A stretch of DNA of 64,000 nucleotides from Centroscyllium fabricii (taxonomy: Eukaryota): contig JBNRSN020000009.1 in assembly GCA_051313645.2 (NCBI GenBank), positions 25,730,001 through 25,794,000 on the forward strand, given 5' to 3'. Made by a program: the position numbers and the translations under genes. Positions 22,214 through 33,612 of this stretch are shown in pieces. Numbering within the stretch: position 1 is the first letter of the stretch; every line of letters begins with the position of its first letter. The notes under the pieces are model-generated. The model was given only the letters and a program-made list of their open reading frames with translations, made no database searches and was not told where the DNA came from.

Positions 22214-23631
22214 CAGGTACACAATCCGTTAATTCAATTCAATTCAAATTGCTTTATTGGCATGACAAGATACATCTTATGTTGCCAAAGCACAGAAAAA
22301 GGACATAGAAACATAGAAGATAGGAGCAGGAGTCGGCCATTCAGCCCTTCAAGCCTGCTCCGCCATTCAATGAGATCATGGCTGATCATCCAAACCCAGT
22401 ACCCCGTCCCTGCCCTCTCCCCATATCCCTCGATCCCCATCGAGCCTGCACGGACACATATCCCACCCTATCCCCGTAACCCCACATATTCAATCCCCCT
22501 AACACTAAGGATCAATTTATCCTGGCCAATCAACCTAACCCGCACATCTTTGGACTGTGGGAGGAAACCGGAGCACCCGGAGGAAACCCACGCAGACACG
22601 GGGAGAATGTGCAAACTCCACATAGATAGTACCCGAGGCTGGATTTGAACCCGGGTCTCCAGTGCTGTGAGACAACAGTGCTAACCACTATGCCACCATG
22701 CCGCCCATATACAATTGAACCACAAACACAGGTCCAGACATAGTGAATGGATAAATATGCAAACGTATACATAAATAGACGCATATAAATCTCATAACAT
22801 ACAAATGCAGAACTAGACATACAGTGAATGGATAGCTATGCAAACACATACATATATACCCGCATATAAATCTCATATGCTCTGCTTAGCTTCGGTGGTC
22901 ACTGGTTGTCACTCTGCTTATGGCAAGCTGTGACGTAGTTTGCCGCTAATTTTATACAGTCCCTCTGTTCCCCCAATAGATATGGGTTTTTTGGTGGTCG
23001 TTCAAATTTTTGAATTCCGGGCATGTTTTTCCAAATTTTGGGTAGAAATTCCCCCTTATGCCCTGATAGTTTTCACAAGTTGTGAGGAAATGCAGCTCTG
23101 TCTCCACCACTCCCTGACTGCAGTGAGAGCACAGCCTTTCCTCTCTGGGCAGCCAAGTCTGTCTGTGTCTGCCTTTTTCGATGGCTAGTCTGTGCTCACT
23201 AAGTCTGTACATTGTCAGGGTTTTTCTCAGTTTGCTATCTTTCACCATGGTCAGGTAATCAGCCATGGTGTACGGTCTGTTTAGGGCCAAATAACAATCT
23301 AGTTATCCGAAACCCTTGGGACCGGACGGGTCTCGGATTTCTTCGGTTTTTGGAATGGTGCCTAGTGTGCATGCGCAGATCACATGTGCATGCGCATGGC
23401 CGTGTTGGCGGCCCAGTGCGCAGGCTGAAACGGTAGGAGATTGTGGGCTCGGGGAGGAATTGGACCCGTGGGTCCATTTTTTTTTACATTGGTAAGCTCT
23501 ACTTTCTTATTAATTTTACTTTTATCACTGGATTATATTGAATTGGCTTTCAAAACGGGTCAGTTTTGGCGCAACTCGGGTTTTCGGAGCTTTTCGGTTT
23601 TCGGATGTGCGGTTCAGGGATTGTGTACCTG
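22214..23631. mobile_element. Tigger-like MITE split by a LINE fragment and a SINE
   Basis: TA|CAGGTACACAATCC ... GGATTGTGTACCTG|TA. Confidence 0.72.
22231..23295 (-). mobile_element. 3' fragment of a non-LTR retrotransposon with C-terminal CCHC finger (RTE-X-like), containing a V-SINE at about 22305-22705
   Basis: YRLSEHRLAIEKGRH...RLCSHC...ETELHFLTTC; AATAAA and (TTGAA)n tail on the minus strand. Clade assignment is tentative. Confidence 0.65.
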
Positions 23632-23681
23632 TATCGGGACTGCCTGCATCTAACAAATATACATTTCCGTTCACTACGCAG

Positions 23682-23771
23682 CAGTGCCCCAAGCAAGCTG
23701 TCAAGATTGTGAATTGGAAGAAACCACCTCATCAAAAGAAATACTGAATACGTTTTGCTCACATGATTTTG
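23682..23771 (+). CDS. frzb2: Crescent exon 3: start of the netrin-like (NTR) domain
   Basis: acgcag|CA GTG CCC..., giving TVPQASCQDCELEETTSSKEILNTFCSHDF. Donor G|gtgagt. Confidence 0.9.
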
Positions 23772-24574
23772 GTGAGTACAGTACAAGATGATAGTTGATT
23801 TGCAAAACCTCTTCTTGCGTGAAGCTATTTTATCTATTAGAAATATTTTGGCATTTTAACGAGCCTGTCGTCAAAAGTGCCGTTTGCAGCATTTGCCTGA
23901 ATCTGCAAAATCAGGAATGAGATTTTGAGACATCATAGGTGGCAGAGCATGTTGGACCTCTTGATGAGAGTTTCTAGCAGTCCAACTTCTCACTGTTCAA
24001 TGGAAATTTCTCAAAAAGGTCAGAGATTTTTATTGAGAGGGGAAAATACATTTCAGTAGTTATGGTAATGGCCCTCGCAACCCATAGCATACAAGTTCCA
24101 ATCCTACCAAAGCAAGTCATGAAAATAAAACCAATAAATGTTGTTATTTGTAAACTGGCACCAGAAAAATGACCACAAAATCTGTTTGGTCATAAAAACC
24201 CCAACTGGTTAACAATGTTCTTCAGGGAAGGGAAACTACCACCCCAATTTTTTAAAAATTGGTTCTCTGGATGTGGGCGTCACTGGCAAGGCCAGCATTT
24301 ATTGCCCATCCCTAACTGCCCTCGAGAAGGTGGTGGTGAGCCGCCTTCTTGAACCGCTGCAGTCCGTGTGGTGAAGGTACTCCCACAGTGCTGTTAGGGA
24401 GGGAGTTTCAGGATTTTGACCCTGCGATGATGAAGGAACAATCGATATACGTCCAAGTCTGGATGGTGTGTGACTTGGAGGGGAACTTGGAGGTGGTGTT
24501 TCCATGCGCCTGCTGCCCTTGTCCTTCCAGGTGGTGGTAGAGGTCGTGGGTTTGGGATATGTTGTCCAAGAAGC

Positions 24575-25085
24575 CTTTGAGGAAATAACTGGTAAAATAG
24601 ATGGGGGAGAGCCAGTAGATGTGGTGTACCTTGACTTCCAGAAAGCCTTCGATAAGGTCCCACATAAAAGATTAGAATGCAAAATCAAGGCTCATGGGAT
24701 TGGGGGCAAAGTATTGACGTGGATAGAGAACTGGCTGGCAGATAGAAAACAGAGAGTTGGAATAAACGGTTCGTGACTAGTGGGGTGTCACAGGGATCTG
24801 TCCTGGGACCCCAGCTGTTCACAATATATATTAATGATCTGGACCAGGGAATTGGATGCAACATCTCCAAATTTGCAGACGACACTAAACTAGGGGGGGG
24901 GGGGGGGGGCTCTGAAGAGGATGTCAGGAAGCTCCAGTGCGATTTGGACAAGTTGGGGCAATGGGCAGATACATGGCTAATGCACTATAATGTGGATAAA
25001 TGTGAGGTTATCCACTTAGGGGGCAAAAACAGGAGGGTAGATTATTATTTAAATGGCAATAGATTGGGAGATGGGGAAGTGCAGA
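24575..25085 (+). mobile_element. CR1 RT fragment
   Basis: YLDFQKAFDKVPH, QGSVLGP, KFADDTKL. Confidence 0.85.
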
Positions 25086-25099
25086 AATTGGCTGAAGAC

Positions 25100-26800
25100 T
25101 GTGATGGTGTAAGGGGCGTGCGCCGTATATTTTATTTACGACTTGGGGTCCGTTACTGCCTTGCTCTAGCAGTCCGCTAGGCCTCGCGCAATAACCTCCT
25201 CCCCCGTGAGCGGTTCGAATCGCTCACCCTTACGGTTCTAGACGCTGGACTTAGGTGCAGGAAGAGAGAGACGAGATGGATACAGATTGGACTCCGACTT
25301 GGACTCGAATAAAAGTTGCAAAGTTGGATGATTTTATTACAGCAAAAGATATATATACAGCAGTTAGATTGTCCTTCATAAAACCAACACAGTATGATAC
25401 GCAAACAGTCGTTTCCCAAATATATATATATATATAAACATACACAAGTAACTTATAGGATGGGGAACGCACGGCACATCGTAAATCGGGGCAATGACTC
25501 TATAAATTCGCCCAAATAAGCCACCCTCCCCTCTATTGCCTAGCTATGTCCAGGTGTGTAGGATCGGGGCACATGCTCACCACTCGGTCAAACTCGGGGT
25601 CTGCTACGAAGTCCTTCGTCCCTTCGGCTGCAGCGTCGGTCGTCACGTGGCTGTGGAAGATTCGGGAGACCACTTGTTGTCTTCTCCCTCTTGGCGGTGG
25701 CTGCTTCTGCTCGGGCTGGTCCCGGACGGGTTCCTCGAGGCTGCTCTACCTCCTCGCACCAACCGCACCGTCTCCCTGGCTGAACCGGACCCTGGGGTAT
25801 GCCGATCCTGCCCTCTCAAGCCGAACTGTAACGGGCTGCTAGCCTACTTGCTTTCCCACTCTTCCGACGCCAGCTTATTCTCAGTGTTCAACAAGATGCT
25901 TTACTAATGGGGCCCAACAACCAACTACCTCACCAGCAATGGTCTTCCGATGCGATACAGCCCTGACCCAGCTCTACTGTCCTGCCAGAACCTGCACCCG
26001 GCTTGCCCTGCACCCAGAAAGCTGAACTGGAGTCTTCGAAAAGGAGAGCCCACCCAAAGTTACTGCTAAAGTTCAAGAAGTCCTACAAGTTCTGCCAGAG
26101 GACTGTACCTAATGTCTTTCCCTTCCTGAGGAGAGACTTTTCAGAGACCTCACCGCTTCAAGAGGTCGATTCCAAGAGCCTTCTCCAAGAGCTCTTTCCC
26201 AAGAGATTCTGCAGAGCTAAGAGAGATACGAACCCCCCTCTTCCAGAGAGTCAGAGATGAAGAAGAGATCCAACTGTAAAATGTTCTGCCAGTTATACTC
26301 AGAAAAATGTTGAGCCTAATGTCTTTCCAATTATGGCAGGTATTGTCTTTAAAAACGGTTACTGCATCCTTTTGTCCAGCCAAACCTGCTGGTAATGATT
26401 TGATGGCGGCCCTAACCTCTCCTGTTAGAGCTCCATTGTTTTCAAAGGGTGCTAATCGCTTTAATGCTTGATTGCTGTACAATTTCTTGTACCTGGCTAA
26501 ACGGGCCAGTTAGTTCATATTTGCAGTTATATTTGGTGCTTATTTAACTGGGTGCATTTCTTTGTTGGGCTAAGCGGTTCTAAGGGGCTGGTTATTTATT
26601 TCCAATCGCACACTGGCTTCCAGCACCTCTATGTCTGGGCTTTTTCGCGGGCTTTCTAGAATTCAGTTTTAGTTTCGTTTTGGCTCTGGCCGTTATGTCA
26701 TGTGGTCCGGTGGCCATCTTGTGAGGCCCCTTTTCTCTGATCAAGCCGCAGCTTGTCTTTTTCTGCTACTGTTCAATAAAACATGTTTACTCCATCCATC
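25100..26800 (-). mobile_element. Probable long solo LTR (ERV-like); boundaries uncertain
   Basis: 1.7-kb non-coding block starting just after a CR1 fragment. Imperfect inverted termini GATGGTGTAA/TTACTCCATC; minus-strand TATAA near 26295 and AATAAA near 25335. Confidence 0.4.
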
Positions 26801-27399
26801 TGTGAATCCGTTTTAACCTTGGAATATTGCGACCTTACAGTGGTGAGGATCTTGGGAGGAGGCCGAGATGGATCATCCACTTGGCATTTCTGGCTGAAGA
26901 TGGTTGCAAATGCTTCAGCCTTGTCTTTTGCAATCTGGTCTTTACAAGGCTCTGGTCCACACTGTGGTGAACTCTTAATACTCGTTGAAGTGGCTTTGCA
27001 AGCCGCAAGCCACTCAAACAATCACTAGAAGGCCCACTACCAACGTCTCAGTTAAGTGTCAGCTGTGGCTCACTTGGTAGCACTTAGGGTTGCAAAATTC
27101 TGGGAATTTTTAAGAGGAAACTTTCCATGGGAATTTTCAGACATTTATTGGAAGAGTTTTTTTGCACACAATGGTTTTTGTCCCTGACCCTCACGTTATC
27201 TTCGTCATCAAAATAGACATACTGTTCCATACAAATAAAAACAGGCTTTCAAAACTTTATTTAGGTTATAATTTTGAACTTTATTGAACCCCCACAAAAA
27301 GACCCATCTAAAATAAAATAAAAAGCACATCAGCTTATTTAGCCTGTAATTTGTCCTTATTTTGCCCCTCTGAGTCTTCTGCTATGAGTCTTCTACTCA

Positions 27400-29392
27400 T
27401 CATTGCTCCTCCTGATTCTCTGACTCTGACGTGTCCATTTCCTCCTCAGTGTCACTGTCGAGCTGTGTGGTGGACACTTCTGTATTTGGCTCAATAAGTT
27501 GTAGGTTCGCCCGGATAGCCACCAGTTTCTCCACTCTCTTGTTAATCAGCCTGTTGCGCACCTTTGTATGCGTATTCCCAAAAAGTGACCGGTTTCGTGC
27601 AGAGGCCACTGATGAAGGTGGGATTTGGAGTAGCACCGATGCAATGGGTGACAGGGCCTCAGATGCACAAAGTCCCTTCCACCAGGTATGTGCACTGATA
27701 TCCCATATCCCGTCCCCATTCCAAAGACCTTGCTTGGTAGAGAACTTTGCCAGACTTCCCAGAACTTTGCCCACGTCCAGATTGAGATGGCGTGAGAGGG
27801 TAGAAATCACACTGTAAGCGCTGTTGATCTGTTCTCCAGAAAGTATTGGTCTCCCAACATGCTTTGGGTGCAGCATGTATGCTGCAGCATGAATCGGCTT
27901 GACAAAATGTGGGTAGGGCAATGCTGATTTGTTCTTTTAAATCAGCAAAACACCGGAGGACATTGACAAGACAGCGTCATTTCCTTCAATCTGAGCAATT
28001 GCAGATGCTACTGGAAAGGGTAGTTTAAGGCTGCTAACCACTCTCTCCCAAAACACATCATCCAGCAGTATTTTCTTGATGGTGGTTTCCATATCCCCAG
28101 ACTGGAATATTGCCATTTCTTGCAGCGACTCCTTACCCTCCAGAAGACTGTTGTACATTACGACAACACCACCCCATCTAGTGTTGTTGGGCAGCTTCAG
28201 TGTGGTGTTCTTGTTCTTTGTCATTTGCTTGGAGTTGTAGGTTGCTGCAACTACCTGTTTTCCCCTGACATACATAACTTGCTTGGCTCTCTTGTACAGT
28301 GTTTCCATGGTTCTCAAACCCATGATGTCCTTGAGGAGCAGGTTAAGCCCATGAGCGGCGCACCCAATAGACATAATATGAGGGTAGGCCTCCTCCACTT
28401 GAGCCCAAGCAGCCTTCATATTCGCAGCATCGTCAGTAACTACTGCAAAGACCTTTTGTGATCCAAGATCGTTGATGACCGCTTTCAGCTCATCAGCAAT
28501 GTATGTGCCTGTGTGTCTGTTGTCCTTCGTGTCTGTGCTCTTGAAGAACACTGGGAGAGGAGGGGAGACGATGTAGTTTATGATGCCCTCCCCTCGGACA
28601 TTTGACCACCCATCTGAGATAACTGCAACACAGTCTGCCATCGCTATCGTTTCTTTGAGCTTTCCTTGGACTCGGTTATACTCAGCCTCCAGCAAATAAA
28701 TAGACAAAGCATGTCTGGTGGGAGGACAGTGTGCAGGACGAATAACATTGAAAAATTTCTTCCAGTACACATTGGCTGTGAGCATGAGGGGTGAGCCTGT
28801 TGCATATACAGCTCGAGCAAGGGACTCATCTGCATTCTTCTGGCTATGGTTATCCATTTTATCAAAGAACCTTCCAAGTGGGCCAGGAGTTGATGATAAG
28901 AAGCCTGATGATGAATGTGAACCATCATCTTCTTGAATGGAAGCAGAGGAACTCTGGGCTGACTGCTGTGAGCTTTGAGTGAAGTTGTTGCATTTGGATA
29001 AATGCAGCTGCATCTTTGTGGCATTCTTTACATATGGCTTTGTACAGTGTTTGCACATGTACACAGTCTTTCCATCTTTAATGCCTGGGGTAAAATGCTT
29101 CCACACATCCGACGGTAAACGTGATTGATGTAATAAAGACTTACCAAGCTTTTAGTGAACATAAAGCAAGGCTTTATTCAACTTATAACATAACATGAAG
29201 ACAGCTAGTTCAGTCACTAGCCTCCAAGTTCTAGAGTGTCTCTGTTTAAACTGGTCCTTAAGCCCCAGTATTTATACTTCCTGGTCAGGTGCCCTCAGCT
29301 GGCCGACCAGTAACTGTTCCTAGGTTGTTTGGAAGTCCAACCAGTAACTTTTCCTAGATTATTTAGGAAGTCGCGTTTTACGACCGTGACAT
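27400..29392 (-). pseudogene. hAT transposase pseudogene (BED finger, DUF659-like core, dimerisation domain)
   Basis: WKHF..CKHC..H...C BED finger, DGWSN, VTDDAANM, CAAH and WW motifs. Frameshift near 27940-27990. The usual SERNWS motif reads SARNRS, so the catalytic Glu is lost. The ATG is separated from the ORF by an LTR insertion. Confidence 0.85.
29126..29385 (-). mobile_element. Solo LTR (Gypsy-like) inserted in the hAT transposase start
   Basis: TGATGTAA...TTACGACC termini; 5-bp TSD GTGAT/GTGAC. Minus-strand TATAAATA and AATAAA. Shares motifs with the 40066 LTR. Confidence 0.7.
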
Positions 29393-30521
29393 TGTTCTAT
29401 GCAGAGAAATAAAGGGCATTCGTATGCAGAGAAATAAAGGGCATTCGTCACTGTCGAACTGCAGTCGATCAGCACGATTGCAACAGGGTGAGTAAATTTT
29501 CCTGATTATCCTGATGTGATGGAAGCATGACCTGTGCATGCACAACACTACATAATCGATAGAGGAAGCTAATCGCTCATCCAACCAATCAGGACACATT
29601 TGTTCACGATCACAAAACTTGTAATTATTAAAACAAGCCAAGTAAGAAGATAAACATATATTGATTAAGAAGTTACTTAATAATTAAGATTCTATCTCTG
29701 TTAGTAATTTTAAGAGGACCTGTGGGGGAAAATAATGAAAGAAATACCAAAAAAACATTTTGCTAGCATGTGCTTTTTTGGGCAAAATTCCAAAGCTAAA
29801 CTTTCCATAGGAAATTTCCGGAAACTTTCCACCCCTTCACAACCCTAGTAGCACCCTTGCCTCCGCGTCAGAAGGTTGTGGATTCACCAGAGACTTGAGC
29901 ACAAAATCCATACCTGACACTCCAGTGCAGTACTGAGGGAGCACTGCACAGTTGGAGCTGCCATTTTTCAGATGAGACATTAAACTGAGGCCCCGTCTGC
30001 GCTCTCAGGTGGGTGTTGAAGATCCCATGGTATTATTTTGAAGAGGAGCTGGGGAGTTATCCCCGGTGTCCTGGCCAATATTTATCCCTCAACCAACATC
30101 ACTAAAAACAGATTATCTGGTCATTATCAGATTGCTGTTTGTGGGAGCTTGCTGTGCACAAATTAGCAGCTGCCACGTTTCCTACATTACAACAGTGACT
30201 ACACTTTCAAAGTACCTCATTGGGACCTCCAGTAGTCGTGAAAGGCGCTATTAAAATGCAAGTCAGTCTTTTTACTACGGAGTAGGAATTCAAAATGGAA
30301 CCATCCAGGATATATGGCTTGTTGTTACACTAGATACTGTTGTAATAAGATAAATTATAAAATCTCTGCAAACTCCATCCACCTGCCAATATTATTTGTA
30401 TATTACACAGGCTCCTCAATAACACGGCAAGATTCTCATTATTTGGCGTTGGTATTTGTTTTTAAGTTGTGAATGATATGCTGAAAACTTACTCTTCAAA
30501 ATATTATCCGACCTCCCGCAG

Positions 30522-30844
30522 CTGTGAAAATCAGAATCTCAAAGAAAAACACGAGTTTTTCCCGGATCTCCGATTTCAACATGGACAGCAAGCTGGAGGT
30601 CTTCAAGCACGGGCCCCTCCTCAAGACAGAGATTCATGCCAAGCTTCAGCACTGGCTTGACTTGGATGCAACTTGCGTCCAGAACATGACGAGAGGTAGC
30701 CGCGGGGGAACTTACATGATTGTGGGCCGGATCCAGAACGGCAAAATTGTGGTGAACAAGGCGTACTTATGGCAAAAGCGTGACAAAAATCTCATGCTCG
30801 CCGTCAGAAAGTGGAAGCACTACAGGTGCCGTACGCAATACTGA
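30522..30844 (+). CDS. frzb2: Crescent exon 4: NTR domain to stop
   Basis: cccgcag|CT GTG AAA..., giving AVKIRISKKN...LQHWLDLDATCVQNMTRG...AYLWQKRDKNLMLAVRKWKHYRCRTQY*. The four exons sum to 317+170+90+323 = 900 nt (299 aa plus stop). Confidence 0.92.
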
Positions 30845-30899
30845 GACTGAAAATTATATATCTGTAAATATATGTATTATTATGCAAGTGTAAAGATCC

Positions 30900-30905
30900 A
30901 ATAAA
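30900..30905 (+). terminator. Crescent polyadenylation signal
   Basis: AATAAA 55 bp after the stop, followed by a T-rich tract. Confidence 0.65.
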
Positions 30906-31169
30906 GTACTTTATCTTTTTCACTGCCGATGTCTATTCTTTATAGCAAATTCCGATCAGGAATCAGAAATGTAGAAGTCAATCAAACAGTGAACGCAGGC
31001 GTCTTTCTACACAGGTACCACAAGGTCAGACTAGATGGAGACTTTTCGAAACTGATATGAAGTTAGCAGCATTTCCTTACTTGCACAAGCAAGAAATTCC
31101 TGTTGAAAGCCTGCTTATTCACAGCCTACACGAATAGCAGACAGACTGAGACAACCATGAGTACAAAAT

Positions 31170-32110
31170 CAAAGAGGTATTGCTAAACCAGCCGGAGTAT
31201 GGTGTCCAATTTTGAGCACCACACTTTAGGAAGGGCATGAAGGCTTTGGAGAGGGTGCAGAAGAGATTTACTGGAATGGTTCTAGGGATGAGGGACGACA
31301 CGGTGGCGCAGTGGTTAGCACTGCTGCCTCGCAATAAGGAGCTCCTGGGTTCGAATCCTGCTTGGCCTGCGACACCTCTGCGTGGAATTTGCATGTTCTC
31401 CCCGTGTTCATGTGGGTTTCCTCCGGGTACTCCGGTTTCCTCCCACCACCCAAAAGACATGCAGGTTAGGTGAATTGGAGATACAATAAAAAAAAATTGC
31501 CCATGAGTATGTGTGTGAGATGTGGTTCTTAGAGTTGGGGGTGTCGAGGGAGAGGGTGGGAGGGGGGTGCTGGGTTTGGATGATCAGCCATGATCTCATC
31601 AAAATGGCGGAGCAGGCCCAAAGGGCTGAATGGCCGACTCCTGCTCCTATCTCCTGTGTTTCTGTGTGTTTCTGTAATTACATGGATAGACTGGAGAAGC
31701 TGGAGTTGTTCTCCTTAGAGCAGAAAGGGCAAAGAGGAAGTTTGATAGCGGTGTTTAAAATTGTGAAGGGTTTAGATAAAGAGAAACTGTTTCCAATGGC
31801 TGAAGGGTCGATAACCAGAGGGCGCACAGTTTTCGATCGCCGAGATGGGTCGGAGAGGAATTTCCCAGATTTTTTTCTCCCCAATTGGCCACTGGGTTTT
31901 TTATCTGGTTTTTCGCCTCTCCCGGGAGATCGCATGGGTTCGAGTGGGATGGAGAGTGAAGGTAGATTTGAGGTTAAGATCAGATCAGCCATGATCTTGT
32001 TGAATGGCGGAGCAGGCTCGAGGGGCCGATTGGCCGACTCCTGCTCCTATTTCTTATGTTCTTATTTAAGGTGATTGGCAAAAGGCGAGTTAAGGAAAAT
32101 CTTTTTTTAC
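31170..32110 (+). mobile_element. CR1 fragments with nested V-SINE (about 31298-31672)
   Basis: ALERVQKRFT, RLEKLELFSLE; tRNA-like SINE head. Confidence 0.75.
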
Positions 32111-32292
32111 ACAATTACAAATGACCATTTTGTCCTTACTAATATAATGCAAACGCTTTGGTGCTAGGGGTTTGCAAACTGTTGCCACTAGTGTTAAAGC
32201 TATCACTCTGGATTCCAACTTCAAAACACCCTAAGACAAGGATTCAACTTCCACTTGCCCAAGATCATTGAAAACACCAGTCAAATCCTTAC

Positions 32293-32374
32293 CAAACAGA
32301 AGTGGTTTTAGGCTCAGTGTTTTCAAGTAGTGTACTTTGTTAGGGACAAGATCCACCTTTTGCATGTGACCAAC
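32293..32374 (-). CDS. P4HTM: P4HTM coding exon 2 (82 bp)
   Basis: Not in the ORF track. Read by hand: ttttctttctttgcag|GTT GGT CAC..., giving VGHMQKVDLVPNKVHYLKTLSLKPLLF, then G|gtaagg. Phases 0/1 join exons 1 and 3 in frame. Confidence 0.93.
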
Positions 32375-32501
32375 CTGCAAAGAAAGAAAAACAATGTAAC
32401 GTGACAGTAATTAGAACAGCGACAAAAATATGGATCCTAAGGATGGAATTAAAAGATTACAGAACCAGTTACTGATGGGCTAATGTAACAGAAAAGAAAT
32501 A

Positions 32502-33612
32502 CAGGAAACTCTCTTAACCGGCACCTAAATATCCGGAAATCTCTTAACCGGCAAACCGGCAAAATTCAGGAGTAGGTTCAGGTAAGTTTTACTATATATT
32601 AGTGGCCGTGTAACCGGGGTTCCTGTACCTGTGGCCATGTAACTGGGACTCCTACACAAGTGCCGTGTAAGCGGGGCTCCTGCACCTGTGGCCGTGTAAC
32701 CGGGGCTCCTACACAAGTGCCGTGTAACCGGAGCTCCTGCACATGTGGCCATGTAACCGGGACTCCTACACAAGTGCCGTGTAACCGGGGTTCCTACACA
32801 AGTGCCGTGTAACCGGGGCTCCTACACAAGTGCCGTGTAACCGGGGCTCCTACACAAGTGCCGTGTAACCGGGGCTCCTACACAAGTGCCGTGTAACCGG
32901 GGCTCCTACACAAGTGCCGTGTAACCGGGGTTCCTACACAAGTGCCGTGTAAGCAGGGCTCCTGCACCTGTGGCCGTGTAACCGGGGCTCCTGCACATGT
33001 GGCCATGTAACCGGGACTCCTACACAAGTGCCGTGTAACCGGGGCTCCTACACAAGTGCCGTGTAACCGGGGCTCCTACACAAGTGCCGTGTAACCGGGG
33101 CTCCTACACAAGTGCCGTGTAACCGGGGCTCCTACACAAGTGCCGTGTAACCGGGGTTCCTACACAAGTGCCGTGTAAGCAGGGCTCCTGCACCTGTGGC
33201 CGTGTAACCGGGGCTCCTGCACATGTGGCCATGTAACCGGGACTCCTACACAAGTGCCGTGTAACCGGGGCTCCTACACAAGTGCCGTGTAACCGGGGCT
33301 CCTACACAAGTGCCGTGTAACCGGGGCTCCTACACAAGTGCCGTGTAACCGGGGCTCCTACACAAGTGCCGTGTAACCGGGGCTCCTACACAAGTGCCGT
33401 GTAACCGGGGCTCCTACACAAGTGCCGTGTAACCGGGGCTCCTGCACCTGTGGCCGTTTAACTGGGACTCCTACACAAGTGCCGTGTAACCGGGGTTCCT
33501 GCGCCTGTGGCCGTGTAACCGGGACTCTCGTACCTTGGTAAGTATACCTCTCTGTAACCCAGACTTTTTGATCAACCGGCACCACGTCGGTCCCGGATAA
33601 AAGAGTTTCCTG
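32502..33612. mobile_element. Tc1/mariner (pogo/Tigger-like) MITE containing a 28-bp minisatellite
   Basis: TA|CAGGAAACTCTCTTAACCGG ... CCGGATAAAAGAGTTTCCTG|TA: 20-bp TIR with 2 mismatches and TA TSD. Confidence 0.82.
32604..33530. repeat. 28-bp minisatellite GTGCCGTGTAACCGGGGCTCCTACACAA (about 33 units)
   Basis: Direct tandem units with no unique spacers. Confidence 0.95.

Larger units (their letters stand above)
27085..29847 (-). mobile_element. hAT DNA transposon, near full length, inactive
   Basis: TIR TAGGGTTG...CAACCCTA. 8-bp TSD GTAGCACT (27077-27084) / GTAGCACC (29848-29855). Internal transposase on the minus strand. Confidence 0.88.
27055..30265 (+). mobile_element. Deu-domain SINE split by the hAT transposon
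   Basis: Head GTGGCTCACTTGGTAGCAC at about 27065 continues at 29856 with CTTGCCTC...CAGTGCAGTACTGAGGGAGCACTGC...GATGAGACATTAAACTGAGGCCCCGTCTGC. Confidence 0.65.

Noticed and set aside
27937-29106. 389-aa hAT ORF as a domesticated ZBED-like gene
   Set aside because: TIRs and TSD are still present, the start is disrupted, there is a frameshift, and the catalytic Glu is lost; this fits a decaying transposon.
8743-30844. Assignment of the sFRP gene as sizzled or SFRP2
   Set aside because: Motifs LEHETxAEVIQQSSSWLPLLARECHPDAR and WLDLDATCVQN match Crescent as I recall it; Sizzled differs at these positions. Needs a tree to confirm.
32604-33530. CRISPR-like regular 28-bp repeat
   Set aside because: Units are head-to-tail with no unique spacers, there are no cas genes, and the context is eukaryotic.
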